DNA from: Planctomycetota bacterium
Lineage (GTDB): Bacteria; Planctomycetota; Planctomycetia; Pirellulales; Pirellulaceae
Assembly: GCA_026692865.1 (NCBI GenBank)
Contig: JAPLNI010000057.1
Location: 460,476-492,475 of the forward strand
Reading direction: 5' to 3'
Length of the DNA: 32,000 bases
This document shows positions 25,330 to 32,000 of this stretch, piece by piece. The number at the start of each line of letters is the position of its first letter. Within the stretch, counting starts at the first letter, position 1. The position numbers were made by a program, and so were the translations under genes. The notes below the pieces were generated by a model. It had not been told where the DNA came from. It did not search any database and saw nothing but the letters and a program-made list of their open reading frames with translations.

Positions 25330-27159
25330 ATGAAGCTGAAGGATATGCGCTGTGAAACGAAACGATTTTGGATGATCTTCATCTGCCTGTTGCTGTTGGA
25401 GACAATCGAGCCCATTCCGATGATGGCTTCGGAAAACTGGGTGCAGTGGCGAGGCCCCAGTGCTGACGGGCATGCGGGAGTCCATGCAAAGCCCCCAAGG
25501 CAGTGGGACAAATTAAAGAACATCGCATGGGCCGTTGACTTGCCCGGAGAAGGCTCCGCTACACCCATTGTGTTTGGTAATCAAATTTTCATTCTGTCGG
25601 CGGTCAAGACCGAACGCAAAAGTACGATCGCGATCGTAAATGACGAACGAGCCAAAACAACTCCAGACGAGTTCTTTTATCAATTTGTTGTGTCCAGCTA
25701 TGATCGTAAATCAGGGAAAGAACTTTGGCAGCGAATCGCGATTGAACAAGTCCCACACGAAGGCAAACACGATACAAATACCTATGCGGCGGGATCCCCA
25801 ACTACGGATGGTGAGCGACTTTACTTTTCCTTTGGATCTCGAGGCGTCTTCTGCTACTCGCTGGATGGGGATCTGCTATGGAAGATTGATCTAGGCGATA
25901 TGCGTACGCGGAGCGGTTGGGGAGAAGCTGTCACGCCAACATTGACTCAGGATGCCTTGATTATCAATTGGGACCAGGAAGAAGGATCCTTTATCGCCGC
26001 GATCGATAAACAAACGGGGCACATTCGTTGGAAAGTGGATCGTGTTGGCGAAGTCAGTTCGTGGAATACCCCGTTTGTCGCCACCTACCAAGGCAAGCAA
26101 CAGGTGATCGTGAACGGAACGGGTTCCGTCAAGAGCTATAGTGCGACCGACGGAGAACTTCTTTGGGAATGCGGAGGCCAAACGGTGAATGCGATTCCGT
26201 CGCCGATACAGTTCCGCGATTCAGTGATTTGTACGAGCGGTTATCGTGGGGCGCTTGCTTGCTCCATCCCTCTCCAGTCGCGAGGCAATGTTACGGATAG
26301 CCATACAATCGACTGGAAGATCCAACAAGGAACCCCTTATGTTCCCTCACCCATTCTCAGCGGTACAAAGCTGCTGCTCACGTCCGGCAATACGAATGTG
26401 CTCAGTTGCATCGACGCCAGTACCGGCCAAGCGATTCTTGAACGAACTCGGTTGACGGGAATCCGCACCATGTATGCTTCACCCATCTTGGCCAATGGTC
26501 ATTTTTACTTCACCAGTCGCGAAGGTACAACCTTGGTGGTCAAGGACAATGAGACGTTTGATATTGTCGCAACCAATGAACTAGACGATATCATCGATGC
26601 TTCGCTTGTTGCCGTGGACGACCAATTGTTTCTGCGAAGTTGGAGCAAGCTTTACTGCATTCAAGATTTACCAGCGATTGACACCACATCCACAAGTCAA
26701 ATGAATACGGTTCCGCCGATCCCTAGTATCGCATTCAAACAAGTCGATCTCGAAGAGACGATAGAAACTTCTGCCAATGCAAGTATCGGCGATGTCGATG
26801 GCGACGGCGATCTGGACATCGTCTTGGCCAAGGGAAGACACTGGCCGCTTCAAAATCGCATCCTTATCAATGACGGTCAGGGCAATTTTCAAGGCACACA
26901 TCTCGGAGACCGTCCGGATCGTAGCTATACGGCAGCACTGGGAGACTTGGATGCGGATGGCGACCTGGATATGGTTGTCAGTAATGATAAACCCGACCAG
27001 AAGGTCGTTTATCGAAACGAGGGTCAAGGGGTATTCGTAAGCGCTGGTACTTGGGGTGAGGCATCCTGGAATACACGCAATATCGGATTAGCTGACATGA
27101 ATGGGGACCATTATCTGGATCTGATACCAACCCCTGGAAAGTGGCTTCAACTACGATGA
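25330..27159 (+). CDS. Secreted PQQ-like (BamB-like) beta-propeller repeat protein with C-terminal FG-GAP/VCBS-type repeats
   Basis: 609-aa ORF. N-terminal WVQWRGPSADGH motif typical of planctomycete PQQ-propeller proteins. C-terminal repeats GDVDGDGDLDIVLA, GDLDADGDLDMVVS, ADMNGDHYLDLI. Starts 4 bp after the peptidase stop. Confidence 0.8.
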   Translation: MKLKDMRCETKRFWMIFICLLLLETIEPIPMMASENWVQWRGPSADGHAGVHAKPPRQWDKLKNIAWAVDLPGEGSATPIVFGNQIFILSAVKTERKSTIAIVNDERAKTTPDEFFYQFVVSSYDRKSGKELWQRIAIEQVPHEGKHDTNTYAAGSPTTDGERLYFSFGSRGVFCYSLDGDLLWKIDLGDMRTRSGWGEAVTPTLTQDALIINWDQEEGSFIAAIDKQTGHIRWKVDRVGEVSSWNTPFVATYQGKQQVIVNGTGSVKSYSATDGELLWECGGQTVNAIPSPIQFRDSVICTSGYRGALACSIPLQSRGNVTDSHTIDWKIQQGTPYVPSPILSGTKLLLTSGNTNVLSCIDASTGQAILERTRLTGIRTMYASPILANGHFYFTSREGTTLVVKDNETFDIVATNELDDIIDASLVAVDDQLFLRSWSKLYCIQDLPAIDTTSTSQMNTVPPIPSIAFKQVDLEETIETSANASIGDVDGDGDLDIVLAKGRHWPLQNRILINDGQGNFQGTHLGDRPDRSYTAALGDLDADGDLDMVVSNDKPDQKVVYRNEGQGVFVSAGTWGEASWNTRNIGLADMNGDHYLDLIPTPGKWLQLR

Positions 27160-27246
27160 ACTCGGTGTCAAATCTCAACCCGTTTCCTACTACCGATAAT
27201 TTTTGGTTTCATGGCAGATAATCAGCTTCTCGCAATCGAAACGACT

Positions 27247-29697
27247 ATGAAAAAAGTCTACTTAGGGATGTTATTGCTGCTTAGCAGTTCGATGGCTTCC
27301 GCTGGTGATTCGGCTTTGCCTGGAAATCACCCTTTGACGCAGGTGCAAGCCGGGAGTCTGCTAATTTCAGAACTGCGATGTGCGGCTTGCCATACCGATG
27401 TTGCACGCAATTCCATTCCGGAAAAGACTGCTCCGGATTTGGCTGAAGTCGGGACGCGAGTTACCTCGGAGTATTTGCAAAAATTCCTTGCGTCACCATT
27501 AACGGCTCATCCTGGAACGACGATGCCGGACGTGTTGGGAGCACGCTCAGAATCGGAGCGTAAGAAGATTGCTGAAGCGATGACTCACTTCTTAGTCGCC
27601 CTGTCGACCGCAGTGGCTTCCCTCGAGCCTCTCGAGTCTACGGGATCAGTGGATCCTGCGCAAGGCAAAGAGTTATTTCATTCTGTTGGCTGCGTCGCCT
27701 GTCACGGGACTAAGGAATCGGCTTCGGACTCGCAGAGGAATCCCAAACACAACAGTCTGGTCGACGACGTAGACGAAGAGGAAGCTGAAGATCCTGCACG
27801 AGCGGCCAGCCAAGCGATCAAGCCGATGGTGGTTCCTCTCGAACATGTCGCAACAAAGTACAGCGTGAAGTCTCTAAGCGATTTCTTGTTTCAACCGTTA
27901 CGAGTTCGTAGCTCAGGTCGCATGCCCGACATGAAACTGACTCCTTCTGAATCGTTTGCAATTGCTGGTTATCTGGTGGGCGATCAGCCAGGACCTAGTG
28001 CGCCACTCATTCCCGATGCAGCGTTGGTTTCCGCCGGCAAGAAACACTTTCAAGAATTGAATTGCGCTGCATGCCATTCACTCAAGGGCTTCGAAGCTGC
28101 TCCGCCAGTCGGCTCGTTCATGACGAGCTCGTTCAAGACGGCGGACTTTACCGCTGGTTGCTTGTCCACGGTGCCAGGGAAGACGACGAACGATCGAGGC
28201 CCTCGTTTCGATCTCGACAATAATCAGCGACAGGCCATTGTCGCCGCGATTCGAGAAGACGCTGGGGTCCGAGGAAACACCGCGGTCGATTCCGATCCAG
28301 TCGCGTTGGCGAGAACGCTGACTGTCTTTCGCTGTATTGCTTGCCACGTTCGCAACGATTATGGGGGCGTGCATGATGCTTACAATTCCTTCTTCAAGGG
28401 AAGTGAAATGAATCTTGGCGATGATGGTCGTATTCCGCCGCCACTTACGTTGATGGGGGCCAAGCTGAAGCCGTCTTGGATGAAGAAAGTGCTCTTCGAT
28501 GGTGAAAGCGTTCGCCACTACATGGTGACTCGAATGCCACAGTATGGGTCGGCTAATCTGCAGCACTTGCCTAGTCTCTTCCGGCGGCTTGATGTTTTGA
28601 CTGGTCCACAGATGAACATCCCGAATCCAGGTGGTCGCAACGAAAGTGAACGGCAGCAAGAAAAGCTGATTCGTGCAGCGGGCCGAGAACTGCTTGGCGA
28701 CAAAGGGGTGAATTGCGTAGCCTGTCATTCATTCAACGGAAAAGCTGCGAATGTAAATCAGGGGATCGACTTACTGACAAGCTTTGAGAGACTTCAGCCT
28801 GAGTGGTTTCATCGTTACCTTCGAAACCCCGGAGCTTTTCGGCCTCGCACTGTGATGCCTACCGCTTGGCCTGATGGCGTTGCAGCCTTCACCGCAATTT
28901 TAGACGGTAACACGGACCGTCAGATCGAGGCGATTTGGTATTATCTTTCCCTTGGCACGTCGGCGGCTGACCCTTCGGGCGTTCGAGCCGTCAGTACAAA
29001 AATCAAAGTTGGCGAACAGACAATAGTCCATCGCGGTCGTAGTCGAATCGCTGGCTTTCGAGGCATCGCGGTTGGTTTACCAGAAAGACTAAGCTATGCC
29101 TTCAACGCTGAAACTGGAACTCTATCCGCCATTTGGCAAGGGGACTTTATTGGCGTGAACTGGAGCGGTCAAGGGTCGGGGGATTTCAATCCGGCTAGCG
29201 AACCAATTGCTTTGCCACAGGACGTCTCTTTCGTCGCACTTGAGAATGAGAATACTTCGTGGCCATTGTTGCCCGTGATGACCAAAGAGGCCCCCACCAA
29301 TCCTGATCCGCTTTACCCAAAGAATGTTGGTTATCAGTTTCGAGGATACTTTCAAGACAAGTTGTCGATACCAACGTTCCAGTATCGTAGCGGCACGATC
29401 GAAATCAAAGATCGGTCTGTTGTCGAGGGTACTGGGGATCAACAACGGCTCAAGCGAGTCTTTCAGTTTCAGTCTCCCACGCCACAGATTATTTGGTTCC
29501 GCGCTCTTGTCGGTGCTGTCCATCGCGAGTCCGATCAAGTCTTTCGAAGTGGTCGTTTGAGGCTGCACATCCCCGCAGCCGAAACAAAACTGAGATCGCT
29601 ATCCGACGAACTGACGCAATTCGAATTGTTGTTGCGTCTGGACATTCCTCAAGGCAAATCCTCCCTGGAGCTCCGGTATGAACCGATCAAGAAGTAG
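27247..29697 (+). CDS. Secreted pentaheme c-type cytochrome with a heme-free C-terminal domain of about 250 aa
   Basis: Five CxxCH motifs: CAACH, CVACH, CAACH, CIACH, CVACH. Signal peptide MKKVYLGMLLLLSSSMASA from the ATG at 27247 (the ORF is open from 27211). Confidence 0.8.
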   Translation: MKKVYLGMLLLLSSSMASAGDSALPGNHPLTQVQAGSLLISELRCAACHTDVARNSIPEKTAPDLAEVGTRVTSEYLQKFLASPLTAHPGTTMPDVLGARSESERKKIAEAMTHFLVALSTAVASLEPLESTGSVDPAQGKELFHSVGCVACHGTKESASDSQRNPKHNSLVDDVDEEEAEDPARAASQAIKPMVVPLEHVATKYSVKSLSDFLFQPLRVRSSGRMPDMKLTPSESFAIAGYLVGDQPGPSAPLIPDAALVSAGKKHFQELNCAACHSLKGFEAAPPVGSFMTSSFKTADFTAGCLSTVPGKTTNDRGPRFDLDNNQRQAIVAAIREDAGVRGNTAVDSDPVALARTLTVFRCIACHVRNDYGGVHDAYNSFFKGSEMNLGDDGRIPPPLTLMGAKLKPSWMKKVLFDGESVRHYMVTRMPQYGSANLQHLPSLFRRLDVLTGPQMNIPNPGGRNESERQQEKLIRAAGRELLGDKGVNCVACHSFNGKAANVNQGIDLLTSFERLQPEWFHRYLRNPGAFRPRTVMPTAWPDGVAAFTAILDGNTDRQIEAIWYYLSLGTSAADPSGVRAVSTKIKVGEQTIVHRGRSRIAGFRGIAVGLPERLSYAFNAETGTLSAIWQGDFIGVNWSGQGSGDFNPASEPIALPQDVSFVALENENTSWPLLPVMTKEAPTNPDPLYPKNVGYQFRGYFQDKLSIPTFQYRSGTIEIKDRSVVEGTGDQQRLKRVFQFQSPTPQIIWFRALVGAVHRESDQVFRSGRLRLHIPAAETKLRSLSDELTQFELLLRLDIPQGKSSLELRYEPIKK

Positions 29698-29701
29698 TCC
29701 G

Positions 29702-31183
29702 ATGCGAACTTCGTTTGTCCTGGTCATGATTGTTCTTTTGGGGCTGGGACCAGTCCACGCAGAGGATGTCGGTGAGCGCTGGGGGACCGAAGAACGCGAG
29801 CGTGATTATTACCCAATCGTCAATATCACTTTGCCGAAGGATACGGTCATCGAGGCGGGTGCCTTTGCAGTGCTATCGGATCGGCAATTCGCAGTCGGCA
29901 CTAGGCGTGGCGAGATTTTTTTGATCGATGGCATCGATGCGCCGAAGCCCACGCCCTCGTTTCATCGTTTTGCATCGGGGCTCGATGAGATCTTTGGATT
30001 GTCATGGAAGGAGAACGCATTCCGTGTAACACAAAGCTGCGAATTAACTCGCGTCAGCGACTCAGATAGCGACGGTGTTGCCGACCGATTTGAGACAATC
30101 TCCGATGGCTGGGGTTATGCGAATTACCATGAGTACGCATTCGGATCGAAGCTTAATACGGATGGAAGTCAATTCGTGGCGCTTGGTTTATCCGCGTCGT
30201 ATTACTCCCATGCGTTGAATCGAGGGCTTATCATGAAGATCGCGCCCGATGGAAAAACGACCGCTTTTGCCAGCGGCTTGCGCAGTCCGGGCGGGATCGG
30301 GTTCGATGAGCATGGTGCGCTCTTTTATGTTGAGAGTCAGGGTCCATGGAATTGTTCATGCAGCTTGAAGGCTGTTTCGCCAAACAGCTTTCACGGCCAT
30401 CCAGCCAGCTTCAACTGGTATCCGTTCTCGCCAGAGCTAGGGCCTGAGCCCGAGATGCCGAAGACGGAAAGTCGTATCGTTACGGAAAAGAACCGTGTCA
30501 AACAATTGGTACCTTACGCGGTGATTTTTCCATACATCCGGATGGGCAGATCGATTACCGCCTTCAGTGTGGATCGGACACAAGGCAAGTTCGGTCCCTT
30601 TGAGAATCAGATGTTCCTTGGCGACTACACGCAATCGATCTTGATGCGGGCTACGACCGAGCAGATCAATGGTGTTTGGCAGGGTGCCTGCTATCCATTC
30701 CGCGAGGGTCTTTCGACGGGTATCCTCAATGTGGAATTCACTCCAGGAGGCAATTTGCTTTGCGGCGGTACCAATCGTGGTTGGCCGGTTCGAGGCATCA
30801 AACCGTTCGCTCTCGAACGACTCGAATGGAGCGGTATAATGCCTTTCGAGATAAACCGAATCACCATCGAGCCCGATGGCTTCCAAGTCACCTTCACGAA
30901 ACCGGTCGAACCAATCACGGGCAACGCCCCAAGTTCCTATGCGATCTCCGCCTTCACGCATCCATATCATGCTGGCTACGGCGGACCGGAGATCGACCAG
31001 CACCAACCAAAAGTGAAGTCGGTGTCGCTTGCTGAAGACGGTCTCTCCGCGAAACTCGTTCTCGAAAAGCTCGATCCGGGATTCGTGTACGAGCTGGATC
31101 TAGTCCGCTTGCGTTCGTGCGACCAGGATGAATTGCTGCACCGCAATGCATTCTATACAGTGAACGAAGTACCATCCCGATGA
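29702..31183 (+). CDS. Secreted beta-propeller protein, glucose/sorbosone-dehydrogenase-like (related to PVC dehydrogenase domains), with a C-terminal beta-sandwich-like domain
   Basis: Signal peptide MRTSFVLVMIVLLGLGPVHA from the ATG at 29702, 4 nt after the cytochrome stop. An alternative ATG at 29678 overlaps the cytochrome gene by 20 nt. Motifs GLRSPGGIGFDEHGALFYVESQGPW and FHGHPAS. Confidence 0.7.
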   Translation: MRTSFVLVMIVLLGLGPVHAEDVGERWGTEERERDYYPIVNITLPKDTVIEAGAFAVLSDRQFAVGTRRGEIFLIDGIDAPKPTPSFHRFASGLDEIFGLSWKENAFRVTQSCELTRVSDSDSDGVADRFETISDGWGYANYHEYAFGSKLNTDGSQFVALGLSASYYSHALNRGLIMKIAPDGKTTAFASGLRSPGGIGFDEHGALFYVESQGPWNCSCSLKAVSPNSFHGHPASFNWYPFSPELGPEPEMPKTESRIVTEKNRVKQLVPYAVIFPYIRMGRSITAFSVDRTQGKFGPFENQMFLGDYTQSILMRATTEQINGVWQGACYPFREGLSTGILNVEFTPGGNLLCGGTNRGWPVRGIKPFALERLEWSGIMPFEINRITIEPDGFQVTFTKPVEPITGNAPSSYAISAFTHPYHAGYGGPEIDQHQPKVKSVSLAEDGLSAKLVLEKLDPGFVYELDLVRLRSCDQDELLHRNAFYTVNEVPSR

Positions 31184-31227
31184 CATCATACTGATCCGCT
31201 CTAACAATAGCTTTAAGAAAAATCAAA

Positions 31228-32000
31228 ATGCAAACTCTTAATAAACTGCTTCCGGCAATTCTGTTGTTTATCCTCTTTTCGACTCAAGAGGTTGAAGCAC
31301 AATCAAAGCCGATTCGAGTCTTTATTCTTGCTGGCCAATCAAACATGGAAGGACATGCGAGAGTCGAGACCTTTGATTATATCGGCGAGGACTTGGCCAC
31401 GGCACCACTTTTGAAGATGATGCGTAGCTCTGATGGCAAACCGACTGTGTGCAATGGTGCGTGGATATCTTATCTGACTGGTTCGGGAGACAAGAACTTC
31501 GATCTCTCTGGTGAACTAACTGCTGGCTACGGAGCGTTGGGTGGGCAAGAGATTGGCAAGCTAGGCGAAAAAATTGGTCCTGAATTCACCTTCGGTCTTA
31601 CTATGGATGCAGCACACGATGAACAGGTACTCATCATCAAGACCGCTTGGGGAGGTAAGAGTCTGCACACGGATTATCGGTCACCGAGTGCAGGGCCCTA
31701 TCAATTGAGTTCGTTCCAAATTGATAACTATCCCAAGCAAAAAGGGCACGGAATTCCAAAGGATTTCGAACAATGGAAGGTTGAAAAGGCGGAAGCCACT
31801 GGCGTCTACTATCGATTGATGATCGAGCATGTACAAAAAGTCCTTGCCGATCCTAAACAAGTGATTCCTGGCTACGACCCCACGCAAGGTTATGAACTCT
31901 CGGGCTTTGTGTGGCTTCAGGGATTCAATGACATGGTCGATGGGCATGTATACCCTAAGCACAATCAACCGGACCGCTTTGAACTCTATTCAGAATTGCT
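31228..32000 (+). CDS. Secreted SASA/DUF303-type SGNH esterase, second paralogue (3' end outside the window)
   Basis: Not in the ORF track because there is no stop in the window. Manual translation gives MQTLNKLLPAILLFILFSTQEVEAQSKPIRVFILAGQSNMEGHA...IIKTAWGGKSL...FVWLQGFNDM, open to the window end (257 codons). Confidence 0.75.
   Translation, partial: MQTLNKLLPAILLFILFSTQEVEAQSKPIRVFILAGQSNMEGHARVETFDYIGEDLATAPLLKMMRSSDGKPTVCNGAWISYLTGSGDKNFDLSGELTAGYGALGGQEIGKLGEKIGPEFTFGLTMDAAHDEQVLIIKTAWGGKSLHTDYRSPSAGPYQLSSFQIDNYPKQKGHGIPKDFEQWKVEKAEATGVYYRLMIEHVQKVLADPKQVIPGYDPTQGYELSGFVWLQGFNDMVDGHVYPKHNQPDRFELYSEL

Noticed and set aside
1-32000. rRNA, tRNA, tmRNA or other housekeeping RNA genes
   Set aside because: I saw no cloverleaf-compatible segments or rRNA-like conserved blocks in any intergenic region. 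This was visual inspection only, so a tRNAscan or Infernal run would be decisive.

Overview
The window looks like a chromosomal segment from a Planctomycetota (Pirellulales-type) genome at roughly 50% GC. That taxonomic call is inferred from gene content: a DUF1552/DUF1592-DUF1588 pair, a PVC-type dehydrogenase domain, and many secreted PQQ-propeller and cytochrome proteins.

Contents, left to right:
1. A large minus-strand gene that runs off the left edge (1-3236). It is absent from the ORF track because it has no stop codon in the window.
2. A compact DNA-repair island (3683-13135). It holds the four-gene ligase-associated DNA damage response cassette (MBL-fold exonuclease, ATP-dependent DNA ligase, DEXH/Lhr-like helicase, PdeM phosphoesterase). 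A TIGR03643/DUF2805 gene is translationally coupled to it. A convergent Fpg/Nei glycosylase and a DUF2256 plus cryptochrome/photolyase-family pair follow.
3. A DUF1552 / DUF1592-family gene pair of unknown function (13632-17460).
4. An AT-richer stretch with a 57-aa DUF1328 gene (below the track's size cutoff), an internally deleted ISL3 element that keeps both terminal inverted repeats, and a VIT1/CCC1 metal transporter.
5. A PAS-AraC regulator transcribed divergently from a tightly packed run of at least 7 same-strand genes, of which six carry a signal-peptide-like N-terminus and the enolase-superfamily enzyme does not (20903 to beyond 32000). These are an enolase-superfamily enzyme, two SASA/DUF303 esterases, a DPP-IV-like S9 peptidase, a PQQ-propeller/FG-GAP protein, and a pentaheme cytochrome c coupled to a beta-propeller protein.

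The most unusual non-genic signal is a pair of about 95-100 bp nested double-hairpin elements built from GTACTC hexamers. They lie in inverted orientation and bracket the helicase-pdeM-DUF2805 module; one copy interrupts the otherwise conserved ligase cassette.

No rRNA, tRNA or CRISPR array was recognised. All family assignments come from motif recognition by eye; no database search was run.
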